A stretch of 64,000 nucleotides of DNA from an uncultured Candidatus Saccharibacteria bacterium (lineage in GTDB: Bacteria; Patescibacteriota; Dojkabacteria; SC72), in the NCBI GenBank assembly GCA_964610125.1, contig CAZSUV010000001.1:184035-248034 (forward strand). The letters are read 5' to 3'. Below, piece by piece: positions 1-10,664 of the stretch. Numbering within the stretch: the stretch's first letter is position 1; the number at the start of each line of letters is the position of its first letter. The notes under the pieces are model-generated. The model searched no databases and was not told the origin of the DNA. It saw only the letters and a list, made by a program, of their open reading frames with translations. The translations under genes were made by a program, and so were the position numbers.

Positions 1-921
1 CTTGAGCTTGGAGGATTTGACGCCTCTACAAAATTAATAAGTAACTATTTCCCAAAATGGAAAATATCAAATTATAGTGAAGATTTAAGAAAGTCAGATT
101 GGAATATAAAAAGTAACGAATTTGATTTGATATTAAATATGGAGGTAGTCGAACACTTAACTGATCAGTATGTAGAAAAAACAGATAATCCTGAATATTG
201 TTATGATTACAACGGCAAATTTATTTATTCGGGTGTAATAAATTGTTTGTTAGAATCTAATAGAGTCCTTAAAGAAAATGGAAGAATGTTCTTATCTACG
301 CCGAATGGCTTGAGCTATTTAAATATGCACAAGATGCTTATTGGAGATCCTTCGCATCAATGGCTCAATCATATTAGAGAATATAGTATTGACGAACTAA
401 CAGATCTTTTTGCAAAAACTGGTTTGAAAGTGAATAACTTGGAATGTGTAGAAGTACTATGTGCTGATTGGGATTTTTCATATATTGATAAGGTTCTTGA
501 ATTAACAAATGCCAAAAAAGAAAACAGATGGTCTAATTTATTCTTTGATATAGAAATTAAGGAAAAAAACAAAAAGGAAATAATAATTAAAAAAAATATT
601 TTTAGTAAAAATAAGCTTTTTGACCATTCGATTGAAAATAATTTATTGGATAAGGAAAAAGAATTACTTAATGATAAGAATACAGTTGTAGACTTGAAAC
701 AGAAGCTGCAAGATGAACAAGAAATAAATGCAAAACCAACAGAACAGGGACGTATTATTCAAGAAAAGAATCTTATTATAAAACAAAGAGAATTACAAAT
801 AAAAGAGATAAATCAAAAGTATGAGTCATCAGTCTCTGAATATAATCGAATAAAGGATTCGTTAAGTTGGAAAATACTTAAACCGATTAGATTTGTAATA
901 AAATTAATATTAAAAAGATAG
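1..921 (+). CDS. Class I SAM-dependent methyltransferase, 5' partial, with a Lys/Glu-rich coiled-coil C-terminal tail
   Basis: Frame 1 is open from base 1. It has the methyltransferase post-motif signature FDLILNMEVVEHL and the VLKENGRMFLSTPN motif. The C-terminal third is low-complexity K/E-rich. Confidence 0.6.
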   Translation, partial: LELGGFDASTKLISNYFPKWKISNYSEDLRKSDWNIKSNEFDLILNMEVVEHLTDQYVEKTDNPEYCYDYNGKFIYSGVINCLLESNRVLKENGRMFLSTPNGLSYLNMHKMLIGDPSHQWLNHIREYSIDELTDLFAKTGLKVNNLECVEVLCADWDFSYIDKVLELTNAKKENRWSNLFFDIEIKEKNKKEIIIKKNIFSKNKLFDHSIENNLLDKEKELLNDKNTVVDLKQKLQDEQEINAKPTEQGRIIQEKNLIIKQRELQIKEINQKYESSVSEYNRIKDSLSWKILKPIRFVIKLILKR

Positions 922-927
922 CACAAC

Positions 928-3255
928 ATGCATCGACTGATTACATTAATCAAGAAAATAATAGCAAAGTTATTAGGCTTGGATAAAATATCTTCTGTTG
1001 TTTGGACAGAGACGACTAGCCCCAAAACAACGGTTTTTACGAAAAAGCCTGAGGATTTTAAATACTATGACAGCGTTGTAGATATAAGTAAATATAAGTA
1101 CAAGAAAAAGTATATGATTTCCTTGATCGCAACGATATTTAATGAAGAAAAGAACATAGAAGAATGGTTGGATTCTATAGCTATGCAGACTGTGTTGCCA
1201 GATGAGGTTGTAATTGTAGATGGTGGATCAAGAGATAAAACTGTAGAGGTTGTGAATAATTATATTAAGACAAGCAAGCTAAAAATAAAGTTAATCGTAA
1301 ATCCATGTGCAGTCGCCCAAGGGAGGAACATTGCAATACAAAACTCAAACTATGAAATAATCGCAATTACGGATGCAGGTACAAAGCTGGACAAAAACTG
1401 GTTAGAGTATCTTGTTATTCCGTTTGAAGTGGACGAAAAAATTCAAGTAGTTAGCGGCTGGTATAATGCAAAAATTGAAAACATGTTCGATAGAGCAGTT
1501 GCGGATTATACATTGGTGAACGATGTGAAAGATCTCAGTATAAAAGAATTTCTTCCATCCTCGCGTTCAATAGCTGTTAAGAAGATTTATATGGAGATGA
1601 TTAATTATTATCCAGAATGGTGTACCCTTTCAGGCGAGGATACGCAAATGGATCTAAAGTTAAAAAAATGTTGTGAGCATTGGGGATTTGTACCAGATGC
1701 TATTGCTACGTGGGGAATGAGAAATTCATATAAGAAATTAAGACAGCAATATTTTTGGTGGGGAAGGGGAAGCGCTGAGATTGAGTTCAATTCTGATTAT
1801 TATAAGTATCTTAGAAATTCATATATTACTAAGATACTGCTACTCCTAGGGGTTGCCCTTCTAGCTGCATGGGGTATGACAGCTTTGGTTACCAGTTCTT
1901 GGGGTATTAATATTTGGCTTTTGATAATATTTTTAATAGTTTGTATTCTCGAAAGTACGAGTCTTTTTCTGTTTCTTTGGTTAAGGTATGGAAAGCGTAA
2001 GAATCTTTCTATTAGACAGTATATGACTGCTCTTGCTGTTAAGTTGAGTGTTGATTATGGAAATATAATAGGATTTAGACAGGGATTAATAAATCGACCA
2101 AGTCTTATGAAAAAGAAATTCATAGATCAGATTGGAAATGCCTATATTTTATTTACCTCTTACTCTGTTAATGACAAAAGATTTGACGCCAAGATATTAG
2201 ATCAGATTCAGGAATCATGTAGAAAGAATATTAGAGTAATAAATATTTATTGCTTAGCAAATAATAAAGACAAACCATTTTATTGTGATTTTAACCCCGA
2301 TTATTTTGAGGAATATTCTGTAGATACATTTGATGAAAAAGATTTTGCCTACTCAAATAAATTTGTTTTAACAAGAAATTTTAGAATAATATCGTTTATT
2401 AATAGTAGCAAAGCTCTAAGCATAATGAAATCTTTAGGTAAGAGGCTTAGAACCTTATGTACAATTGTTGTTAGCAAATATAATCTTCAGCAATCATCAA
2501 ACGATCTTACATTTAAGTCTGAATATGAGACTCTAAAATTTGCAGATGTAATATTTGTAAAAGATATAAATGAAACCAAGTATTTTAGAACATTGCTAGA
2601 AGATAAATGTAATTGTGTTTTATATGATAAATTAAATTTTGATGTTTTCAATAACTATTTTCATCAAGAATTATCGTATAAAGAAAGATTTGTAAGAGCA
2701 AAACAATTTAGATTCTTTGTCGGTCTAAAATTTTACCTAGCAAATCATTTGTTTGCTAAGCAAGCAAGTTATAGGTTGAGACATTGGTATTTGAAGAAGT
2801 TCTTAAGGTATAAAATTGGAGAGGATTCAAGTATACATATGAACTGCTTTTTCACTGGAGATAATATTGAAATTGGACGAAATACGGTCATAAATAGAAG
2901 AAGCTACTTTGATGGCAGAGTTGGTATTAAAATAGGTGATTTTGTAAACGTATCTCCAGAGGTCTATATGTTAACATTGCAACATGAGCCCAACGACATG
3001 TTCTTCTCATGTAAGGGTGGTAATATTGTGATAGATGACTATGTATGGATTGGTGTAAGAGCAATCATTCTACCGGGTGTGCATATCGGAGAAGGTGCTG
3101 TCGTTGCTGCAGGTGCAATTGTAACAAAGGATGTTGCACCATATACCATTGTGGCTGGAATTCCAGCAAAAGAGGTAAAAAAGAGAATGGATAATCTATT
3201 CTACACACCAAAGTATTTTCCATTCTTCGATACAGATATTATAGTTGATAAATAA
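928..3255 (+). CDS. Bifunctional family-2 glycosyltransferase / left-handed beta-helix (hexapeptide) acyltransferase fusion with a central membrane segment
   Basis: N-terminal GT2 motifs ([37 protein letters not shown]). Hydrophobic helices at about aa 300-345. C-terminal hexapeptide repeats ([51 protein letters not shown]). The true start may be the internal Met at about 1111. Confidence 0.7.
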   Translation: MHRLITLIKKIIAKLLGLDKISSVVWTETTSPKTTVFTKKPEDFKYYDSVVDISKYKYKKKYMISLIATIFNEEKNIEEWLDSIAMQTVLPDEVVIVDGGSRDKTVEVVNNYIKTSKLKIKLIVNPCAVAQGRNIAIQNSNYEIIAITDAGTKLDKNWLEYLVIPFEVDEKIQVVSGWYNAKIENMFDRAVADYTLVNDVKDLSIKEFLPSSRSIAVKKIYMEMINYYPEWCTLSGEDTQMDLKLKKCCEHWGFVPDAIATWGMRNSYKKLRQQYFWWGRGSAEIEFNSDYYKYLRNSYITKILLLLGVALLAAWGMTALVTSSWGINIWLLIIFLIVCILESTSLFLFLWLRYGKRKNLSIRQYMTALAVKLSVDYGNIIGFRQGLINRPSLMKKKFIDQIGNAYILFTSYSVNDKRFDAKILDQIQESCRKNIRVINIYCLANNKDKPFYCDFNPDYFEEYSVDTFDEKDFAYSNKFVLTRNFRIISFINSSKALSIMKSLGKRLRTLCTIVVSKYNLQQSSNDLTFKSEYETLKFADVIFVKDINETKYFRTLLEDKCNCVLYDKLNFDVFNNYFHQELSYKERFVRAKQFRFFVGLKFYLANHLFAKQASYRLRHWYLKKFLRYKIGEDSSIHMNCFFTGDNIEIGRNTVINRRSYFDGRVGIKIGDFVNVSPEVYMLTLQHEPNDMFFSCKGGNIVIDDYVWIGVRAIILPGVHIGEGAVVAAGAIVTKDVAPYTIVAGIPAKEVKKRMDNLFYTPKYFPFFDTDIIVDK

Positions 3256-3260
3256 AAATT

Positions 3261-4499
3261 ATGCCAAAGAAAAACATATTAGTAATAACACCATTCCCAT
3301 TATACCCAGATAAATCTGGTGGCAGGATGGGAATTCTTTCATCGATAACACCCTTGGCAAACGAATATAATTATCATCTTTTAGCAGTGACTTCATCAGA
3401 GGAATTAAAGCAATTTGTAAATGATAGAGGGAAATTGCTAGAAAAATATTACAAAGTATTTAAAACGGTAACTTTTGTGGATAGGCCCGAAATACCTTGT
3501 GGTATGAATGGGAAATTTTCTAAACTAAAACATTATCTGAAACATATTTTATTGGGGTTACCACTTATGGATGTTTCTTATTATAGTGAGGATCTAATAA
3601 AAGAGATTAAAAAAATAGATAATATAAGGCACATTGATTTGTTAGAAGTGCATCATTTACATATGGCTTATGTGAAAAGGTTTTTTAGAAAAATGCCCGC
3701 TATATTAATCAACCATAATTTAGAAACAAAATTGTGGCCATTTTGGATAAATGAAAATGGTGGGATATTTACTTTTATCCTAAAAGTAATTCGCAAGTTC
3801 AATCGATATTATGGAAATAGGATAGAAATGAATAATGGGTTAAGATTTGATGCAAACGCGTATGTGTCACAGGAGGAAATGAGGACTGTGAATTTTGGAG
3901 ATAACAAATATTGGCTTCCAACTTCATTTGAACTTTTAAAAAACAGAAAAATCTTTAATAAAAAGAGATTGAGGTTATTATGGCTTGGTGGATTTGATTG
4001 GGGGCCAAATGTAGATGCGTGTACTTGGTTTCTAAGGGAAATTTGGCCATTAGTTTCTGACTTGGACATTGAAGTTCATTTAATTGGAAAAAATCCTTCA
4101 GAAAATCTGTTAAAGGCAGATGATAACAAAAAAGTATTTGTACATGGTTTCATTGAAGATATTACTGAGTATTTATCTGAAGCAGATATGTTTATTGTAC
4201 CATTGAGAGAAGGAGGAGGAATTAGGGTAAAAATATTAGAAGCGATGAATTGGGGTATTCCTGTTATTTCAACAAGTAAGGGTTGCGAAGGATTGCCATA
4301 TTCGTATGGGGAAAACATCCTAGTTGCAAATACTGCAACAGAATTTGCTGAATGTATAAATCAATTATATAAGAGTCAAACTTTGAAGGAAGAACTGAGT
4401 AAGAATGGAAGAATATATTTGAAAGAGAACCACAGCCGAGAGGTTATTGGAAATAAGAAGCGAGAAATTTATAATTTTGTATTTAATAAAAGAGATTAA
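3261..4499 (+). CDS. Glycosyltransferase family 1 (GT4-type)
   Basis: C-terminal GT-B motif EAMNWGIPVISTSKGCEGL and FVHGFIEDITEYLSEADMFIVP. Confidence 0.8.
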   Translation: MPKKNILVITPFPLYPDKSGGRMGILSSITPLANEYNYHLLAVTSSEELKQFVNDRGKLLEKYYKVFKTVTFVDRPEIPCGMNGKFSKLKHYLKHILLGLPLMDVSYYSEDLIKEIKKIDNIRHIDLLEVHHLHMAYVKRFFRKMPAILINHNLETKLWPFWINENGGIFTFILKVIRKFNRYYGNRIEMNNGLRFDANAYVSQEEMRTVNFGDNKYWLPTSFELLKNRKIFNKKRLRLLWLGGFDWGPNVDACTWFLREIWPLVSDLDIEVHLIGKNPSENLLKADDNKKVFVHGFIEDITEYLSEADMFIVPLREGGGIRVKILEAMNWGIPVISTSKGCEGLPYSYGENILVANTATEFAECINQLYKSQTLKEELSKNGRIYLKENHSREVIGNKKREIYNFVFNKRD

Positions 4500-4517
4500 A
4501 TTTATTATTGGTAATCT

Positions 4518-5162
4518 ATGAAAAAAAGAACACAAGCAATTCTTGATGAACTCGTGTCCAGATATCCAGCATTAGAAGCAAATGTAACAGATTTGTTAAA
4601 AGCTCTAGCCATCCTTCTTGAATGTCATATGAATGGAAATAAAATTCTGATTTGTGGTAATGGAGGAAGTGCCGCTGATGCAGAACATATTTCAGGAGAA
4701 TTAGTTAAAGGGTTTATGCTAAGAAGAAATAGCTCTCAAATTGATGTTGAAAAATTCAACAAGTTGGGAGATGAGGGGCAACATTTAATAGAGAATTTAC
4801 AACAGGGTATAAGAGCTATTCCACTGTCGTCATTTTCTTCAGGAATGACAGCATATATGAATGATATGGAACCAAACTTGGTTTATGCTCAATTAACATA
4901 TGCATTAGGTATGAATGGCGATGTTTTATTACCTATCTCTACCTCGGGCAATTCAAAAAATACCTATTTTGCGGCCTTAGTTGCAAAAGCCATGGGAATG
5001 AAAACAATTGCATTATCAGGAAAAACCGGTGGAAAACTTAATGATATTTGTGATGTGTGTATAAAAGTTCCCGAAAGTGAGACTTTTAAAATTCAGGAAC
5101 TTCATCTTCCAATCTATCATTTCCTTTGCTCGGCTTTAGAATCAGAGCTTTTTGAAATGTAA
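4518..5162 (+). CDS. gmhA: SIS-domain sugar-phosphate isomerase, phosphoheptose isomerase (GmhA)-like
   Basis: Hallmark ILICGNGGSAADAEHISGEL motif of GmhA/SIS isomerases; about 210 aa. Confidence 0.7.
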   Translation: MKKRTQAILDELVSRYPALEANVTDLLKALAILLECHMNGNKILICGNGGSAADAEHISGELVKGFMLRRNSSQIDVEKFNKLGDEGQHLIENLQQGIRAIPLSSFSSGMTAYMNDMEPNLVYAQLTYALGMNGDVLLPISTSGNSKNTYFAALVAKAMGMKTIALSGKTGGKLNDICDVCIKVPESETFKIQELHLPIYHFLCSALESELFEM

Positions 5163-5187
5163 CTAAACTAAGCATGCTTTTTCCGCT

Positions 5188-6303
5188 ATGCAAACCCTTC
5201 TTTTCATTTTCGGTACCCGTCCAGAAGCCGTTAAAATGGCTCCCTTAATTAAAGAATGTGAGAAATACCCAAATGATTTCAATGTAAAAATAGCAGTAAC
5301 AGGTCAACATAGAGAAATGTTAGATCAAGTATTAGAATTCTTTAAGATAACTCCTGATTATGATCTCAATCTAATGAAACCCAATCAAACACTCTTTGAT
5401 GTAACAGCAGATGCATTAAGAGGAATGAACGATATCATAGATGAAGTAAAACCAGACCTAATCATAGTACAAGGAGATACAACTACCGTATTCACAGGAG
5501 CATTAGCAGGATATTACAAGAAGGTAAAGGTCGCACACCTAGAAGCAGGCTTAAGAACAGGAGATAAATATTCACCATTCCCAGAAGAAATGAATAGAAT
5601 ACTAACAGGACATATAGCTGATTACCATTGGGCACCAACAGAACAAGCTAGAAAGAACCTCATACTAGAAAATATAAAGGACGAGAATATACACGTAGTA
5701 CAAAATACTGTCATAGATGCATTGTTCTTAGGATTAGATTTAATCAAAGAACAAGGAGATACCAAATACCAAGAATTCTTTAAGGATATAGATTTTAGTA
5801 AGAAGGTTGTACTAGTAACAGCACACAGAAGAGAAAGCTTTGGAGAACCATTTGAAAATATCTGTAATGCCATAAAAGAACTCTCAACAGAACACCCAGA
5901 TGTGGAGTTTGTATATCCAGTACATTTAAATCCCAACGTAAGGGAAGTGGTATACCGAATACTATCCAATATCCCTAATGTACATCTCTTAGAGCCCCTA
6001 GATTATCCGTATATGCTATGGATAATGAATAGGGCATATATAGTACTTACGGACTCTGGTGGTATACAGGAAGAAGCTCCAGCTCTTGGTAAACCAGTAT
6101 TAGTTCTTAGAAACGATACTGAAAGACCAGAGGGTATATCTGCAGGTACTGCTAAGTTAGTAGGCACAGACAAAGAGAAGATATTGGAAGAAGCAAATAC
6201 TCTCTTAAACAATACAGAAGCATATGACAAGATGGCTCATGCAGTTAATCCATATGGTGATGGAAAAGCATCTGCAAGAATAGTTGAATTACTTAAACAA
6301 TAA
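5188..6303 (+). CDS. wecB: UDP-N-acetylglucosamine 2-epimerase (non-hydrolysing)
   Basis: FGTRPEAVKMAPL start, VQGDTTTVF, AHLEAGLRTGDKYSPFPEEMNR and HWAPTEQARKNL motifs match WecB/MnaA. Confidence 0.85.
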   Translation: MQTLLFIFGTRPEAVKMAPLIKECEKYPNDFNVKIAVTGQHREMLDQVLEFFKITPDYDLNLMKPNQTLFDVTADALRGMNDIIDEVKPDLIIVQGDTTTVFTGALAGYYKKVKVAHLEAGLRTGDKYSPFPEEMNRILTGHIADYHWAPTEQARKNLILENIKDENIHVVQNTVIDALFLGLDLIKEQGDTKYQEFFKDIDFSKKVVLVTAHRRESFGEPFENICNAIKELSTEHPDVEFVYPVHLNPNVREVVYRILSNIPNVHLLEPLDYPYMLWIMNRAYIVLTDSGGIQEEAPALGKPVLVLRNDTERPEGISAGTAKLVGTDKEKILEEANTLLNNTEAYDKMAHAVNPYGDGKASARIVELLKQ

Positions 6304-6305
6304 TC

Positions 6306-6851
6306 ATGAATAAAAAGTATTACCTTAAATTCTGGTTAAAACAGAATAAAAATGAACTCATTACTGAAAGTTACCCAACGGTATTTGAAGTAAATTGGGA
6401 TGAATTAAGGAAGAAAGGTGCTGAGTTACTAGTATTTGATGTAGATGACACTCTATGTGGACATCAAGATAATATAACTGAGAAGAGTATCCAACTACTA
6501 AAGGGACTTCAATTAAAAGGATTTAAAATCGCATTCTTTTCAAACTCAAAGGAAGAAAGAAGGCAGGTAAAGAAAGTGGCCAAAGATTTCAATATATTTG
6601 TATTTCTAAATAGTGATAAACCAAACCCTACGAACCTTGGAATAGTACTGTCTGAAATGAAAATGAAATCATCCCAATGTGCGGTAATAGGGGATAAGGT
6701 TTCGACAGATCTATTCACTGCATATCAAATAGGGATACCTAATAGGATATTGGTAACACGACCATACTCTGAGGTATACGGTGGGAGTAAACCAGGGTTG
6801 GTATATAGATTGATGAGAAAAGTAGACAACTTCTTTTCTACAAATAACTAA
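6306..6851 (+). CDS. HAD-superfamily (subfamily IIIA-like) phosphatase
   Basis: LLVFDVDDTLCGH (DxDxT motif I) and VIGDKVSTDLF (motif IV). Small size typical of YqeG/GmhB-like phosphatases. Confidence 0.6.
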   Translation: MNKKYYLKFWLKQNKNELITESYPTVFEVNWDELRKKGAELLVFDVDDTLCGHQDNITEKSIQLLKGLQLKGFKIAFFSNSKEERRQVKKVAKDFNIFVFLNSDKPNPTNLGIVLSEMKMKSSQCAVIGDKVSTDLFTAYQIGIPNRILVTRPYSEVYGGSKPGLVYRLMRKVDNFFSTNN

Positions 6852-6855
6852 TTAG

Positions 6856-7626
6856 TTATTTCTTCCTCAACTTAAACATTCCTAAAGAATATTCATTCTT
6901 CTTAAAACTCTTAACCTTAATATCCCTATGTAACTTCCCATCATCATCAACCATATTAAATTCAACCAATTCAAAACCCTTAAAATATTTCAATATAGTT
7001 AATGGATTCCAAACATGATGAGCATTAAAACAAATCCTCTCCCTTCCTATGGGAGTAGAAAGGTAAAGAAAACCCCCAGGTTTAACAACTCGCCCCAATT
7101 CCTTACAAGCAACCTCAGGACCATTAACATCAAGTTTGTCTCCATATCTACCCAAACCAATATGCTCAATAACATGCAAACAAGAAACCGATTCCAATTG
7201 GTTATCCTTAAAAGGAAGATTCTCAATATCCCCCTCTAACAAATTCAAATTCTCAATATCAGCCTGAATAGGTCTAAGATCAATGAAATGAGCTTTCGTA
7301 ATACCAGCAAGATAGCAACTCATCTGATATGTAGAACCAACATCATAGTGATCCTTAGGCTTAATCTTGTTTACATTGTTGAACACCCAAATCTGTTGAT
7401 ACAAATAGTGATAGTCAACACCAGTATTCTTAGTCTTGTCATCAAGCATAGGATACAAGTCCAAGTTGATTAACCATGACTTAGACCTAACCATATACTT
7501 AAACAAAGAAACAACATATCCAGGTAAACCCCTTAAAGAATTCAAAACCTTTTGTAAATCAATAAAAGGAAGAAAACCATGATATATAAATTGGACTAAT
7601 CTAGATTGTTTAGGAGATTTGCTCAT
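6856..7626 (-). CDS. Class I SAM-dependent methyltransferase (methyltransferase type 11-like)
   Basis: VSCLHVIEHIGLGRYGDKLDVNGPEVACKELGRVVKPGGFLYLSTPIG. The start was chosen at MSKSPKQ (7626) to avoid a 125-nt overlap with the upstream gene; the ORF-track start is 7734. Confidence 0.6.
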   Translation of the reverse strand: MSKSPKQSRLVQFIYHGFLPFIDLQKVLNSLRGLPGYVVSLFKYMVRSKSWLINLDLYPMLDDKTKNTGVDYHYLYQQIWVFNNVNKIKPKDHYDVGSTYQMSCYLAGITKAHFIDLRPIQADIENLNLLEGDIENLPFKDNQLESVSCLHVIEHIGLGRYGDKLDVNGPEVACKELGRVVKPGGFLYLSTPIGRERICFNAHHVWNPLTILKYFKGFELVEFNMVDDDGKLHRDIKVKSFKKNEYSLGMFKLRKK

Positions 7627-8731
7627 ACTTTTTAATATTTTCTTTCCAATTAAATTTATTTTTAGCAGTATTGTATATATCTTTGTAAATCTTAACCTCA
7701 TCATCCCAGTTCTCCATAATATGGACAATATCATTCTTAATAGCTCTTCCAGAAAGATTCCCCAATGGGATCAATCTCTCCTGAGGAATAATCTCCTTAG
7801 TACCACCCACATCAGTAGCTACAATAAATAATCCATTGGCTAAACCTTCTAAAACAGTAGTAGGCAAACCCTCCGTATATGACGGATTTATGAAAATATC
7901 ATACTTCGAGAATTGCTTCTGTGTCTCTTCAAATGGAAGCAATCCCATCATACTAATATGCCCAGAAAGATTATTGTCCTTAACCAACCGCTTAATATTG
8001 CTCATCTCGGAACCGTCACCAATAATTGTGAGGGCAAAAGGAATACGATTCTCATTCATGGATACACACGCATCTATCAATTCATAAATCCCTTTGGAAC
8101 GAATTATTCTTCCTACAAAAAGAAGTTTAAGAATTTCTGGTTTTCTCTTGTTTGGAAATATATCTAATGGAAATGGATATGAGTTGTATATTGTTGGCCC
8201 ATATTTCAACTTTGAATATCTAGACTGTAGGAACTCTCTTACACTATCACTAATTGGGAATATTAATTTAGAATTTCTTAAAATATATCCAGCTAAGAAG
8301 AAATCAAAAATCCATGCACAAAGTCTTACAAACAATGATCCATCTTTTACGAAAGAAGAACCATGCTCAAAGTGGTAATGGATTAAATGATTGCGTTTGG
8401 CAATAAATGTGGCTATCCAGTTATTAAGATAGAAACGGGTATGGGTGTGTATCTCTGGATTATTTCCTTGGTTCTCTTTTATTACTTCAACAATCTGTTT
8501 CAAACCACTTGGAGTAGGAATGTAATACTTTCCTTTTACCATCTCTATACAATCAATACGTAGAATATCTGTATTACCATTTGTTTCAATCTCAGCAAGC
8601 TTCTTGTCATATCTCGATGTAATTACCAAGACTTTTTTGTTTGAAAGATTTTTGTAGAAGTTTTCTACGTATTTCTCTAATCCTCCTACGTGTGGTTTGT
8701 ATAGATGGGCAAAAACAATAATGTCGTACAT
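7610..8731 (-). CDS. Glycosyltransferase family 1 (GT4-type)
   Basis: INPSYTEGLPTTVLEGLANGLFIVATDVGGTKEII GT-B C-terminal motif. Confidence 0.8.
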   Translation of the reverse strand: MYDIIVFAHLYKPHVGGLEKYVENFYKNLSNKKVLVITSRYDKKLAEIETNGNTDILRIDCIEMVKGKYYIPTPSGLKQIVEVIKENQGNNPEIHTHTRFYLNNWIATFIAKRNHLIHYHFEHGSSFVKDGSLFVRLCAWIFDFFLAGYILRNSKLIFPISDSVREFLQSRYSKLKYGPTIYNSYPFPLDIFPNKRKPEILKLLFVGRIIRSKGIYELIDACVSMNENRIPFALTIIGDGSEMSNIKRLVKDNNLSGHISMMGLLPFEETQKQFSKYDIFINPSYTEGLPTTVLEGLANGLFIVATDVGGTKEIIPQERLIPLGNLSGRAIKNDIVHIMENWDDEVKIYKDIYNTAKNKFNWKENIKKYEQIS

Positions 8732-8735
8732 ATGG

Positions 8736-9557
8736 TTATTTTCTTAATACAGTAGATATGAATCGCCAAAGCTTGGCTGGAATAAAGTAGGCAATGAACA
8801 ATCTTGCAAGATGGGTACACTTTGTTTTGAAGGTAATAGGGTATTTGTAGTTAAGGTGACCATCTAATGCGCAGTAAAGAGTTGCAAGATGCATATCCAT
8901 AGGATCTTTTGCAGTTAAACTGGTATTTACAACACGATACTTTATTAATACATCTTCAAGATTACCAAGTTGTCCTTTTGATGCCATCTTCATGGTTAAT
9001 AGGTAATCTTCAGAAGTATTTATACCTCCATATCCACCAACCTCTAAGAATGTTTCTCTTCTGTAAATCATTGCAGAATGAACCATAGGGTTGAATTGAA
9101 GGAGAACCTTCATTATTTCAGCATGCGTAGTAGGGAAGTGAGTTCGGTTTTTTACATTCATACTCTCATCACACATCTCCATATTTCCACTTGAGAGTAC
9201 TACTTCTGGATGTGCATCCATATATTCAACCTGTTTAGCAATTCTATCTGGATAGCTCCAATCATCAGAATCCTGCTTTACAATATATTCGCCTCTAGCT
9301 TCTTTAATGCCTCTATTCGCAGCAGCGGATACTCGGAGATTTTTTTCATTTTCAATGATCTTAATTCGGTTATCTTTCTTTTGGTATTTTTTCAATATTT
9401 CCAATGTCCCATCCGTAGAACAGTCGTTCACAAGTATTAATTCAAAGTCTTTAAAGGTTTGGTGGAGTAATCCTTCAATTGCCTCTCCTACATATTTCTC
9501 TGCATTGTAAATTGGAATGACAATGGATACCCTAGGCGCTTTAAACATCTTTTTCAT
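8736..9557 (-). CDS. Glycosyltransferase family 2
   Basis: PRVSIVIPIYNAEKYVGEAIEGLLHQTFKDFELILVNDCSTDGT. Confidence 0.8.
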   Translation of the reverse strand: MKKMFKAPRVSIVIPIYNAEKYVGEAIEGLLHQTFKDFELILVNDCSTDGTLEILKKYQKKDNRIKIIENEKNLRVSAAANRGIKEARGEYIVKQDSDDWSYPDRIAKQVEYMDAHPEVVLSSGNMEMCDESMNVKNRTHFPTTHAEIMKVLLQFNPMVHSAMIYRRETFLEVGGYGGINTSEDYLLTMKMASKGQLGNLEDVLIKYRVVNTSLTAKDPMDMHLATLYCALDGHLNYKYPITFKTKCTHLARLFIAYFIPAKLWRFISTVLRK

Positions 9558-9888
9558 CTTTTGAATTTATATCCTTTAAAGCAATCTTTCTATTCAACGT
9601 AGTTATATCTTTACTAACCTCATTCATTTTAAGCTTTTGTACAAAGGATGCATAGATGAGGTAGACGATAGCTACGTAGACAAAGGCATCAATACTTCTT
9701 CCTACACCAAAGCTTAAACCAATGAGATCAATTAGGTGTGGGAACCAAATTAGAACTAATCCAGCTATCCAACATATAACCCAAATCGTTAGGGCGAGGG
9801 GAGTTAAAACCTTTTTCTTAAATGATGAATACAGGTTAGGAAGAACAAAGAGGAGTACACCGATAGTTACTAATATTTGTAGAACCAT
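9541..9888 (-). CDS. Small polytopic membrane protein, DUF2304-like
   Basis: 115 aa with 3-4 predicted TM helices. Positioned immediately downstream of a polyprenol-phosphate sugar synthase-type GT2, as is typical for DUF2304. Confidence 0.5.
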   Translation of the reverse strand: MVLQILVTIGVLLFVLPNLYSSFKKKVLTPLALTIWVICWIAGLVLIWFPHLIDLIGLSFGVGRSIDAFVYVAIVYLIYASFVQKLKMNEVSKDITTLNRKIALKDINSKDEKDV

Positions 9889-9896
9889 ATTATTAT

Positions 9897-10601
9897 TTAT
9901 TTAATTAAAGTATTTTCTATTAATCTAATAACCATTTTAATACCATTTAGCAAACCTTGTGCAGAAAAACCTTCATGATGTTTGTACTTGTTTAGTGAAT
10001 AGTCAGTATATATTACCTTAATTGGAACTTCTTTTATCTTTAATTTTGCATCTTTTATCTGTCCTAACATCTCGGATTCAAATTCATATCTATCCATCGA
10101 AGTGTATACAGATTCTAATGCCTTCTTTGAATATGCTCTGAATCCAGACTGACTGTCGGTTACTAATACTCCAAAGAATATATATGTAACCCAGTTGCCA
10201 ATCTTGTTCATGAGTATTCTAGATTTTGGCATTCCTTTTTCACCAAGCATTCTACTTCCTAAAACTACATCAGCTTTCTCTTCAAGAATTGGAGTTATGA
10301 GTTTTACAATGTCTTTTGGATTATGTTGACCGTCTGAATCTAATGTTACTGCAATATCTGCATTAAGTAATTTCGCAGCATCTAATCCTGTCTGGGTAGC
10401 CGCACCTTTTCCTCGATTAATTGTGTGTTTGAGAGTTATAGCTCCTGCGGATACACTTTCTTCATATGTATTATCTGCACTTCCATCATCTACAACAATT
10501 ATATTGTTATATCCTTCATTCTTAATACTTTGAATTACTTCTTTTATGACCTTTCCTTCGCAGTAAGCGGGTAGGACGATGTAGATATTTTTGTTATTCA
10601 T
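9897..10601 (-). CDS. GT2 polyprenol-phosphate sugar synthase (DPM1/GtrB/ArnC-like)
   Basis: IYIVLPAYCEGKVIKEVI, IIVVDDGSADNT, AVTLDSDGQHNP (DxD-type), GSRMLGEKG. Confidence 0.8.
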   Translation of the reverse strand: MNNKNIYIVLPAYCEGKVIKEVIQSIKNEGYNNIIVVDDGSADNTYEESVSAGAITLKHTINRGKGAATQTGLDAAKLLNADIAVTLDSDGQHNPKDIVKLITPILEEKADVVLGSRMLGEKGMPKSRILMNKIGNWVTYIFFGVLVTDSQSGFRAYSKKALESVYTSMDRYEFESEMLGQIKDAKLKIKEVPIKVIYTDYSLNKYKHHEGFSAQGLLNGIKMVIRLIENTLIK

Positions 10602-10664
10602 ATGCTTTGTCTATTATACATGATTGCCTGGAATATTTTGATATTGTACAATAGCCAGTATTAG

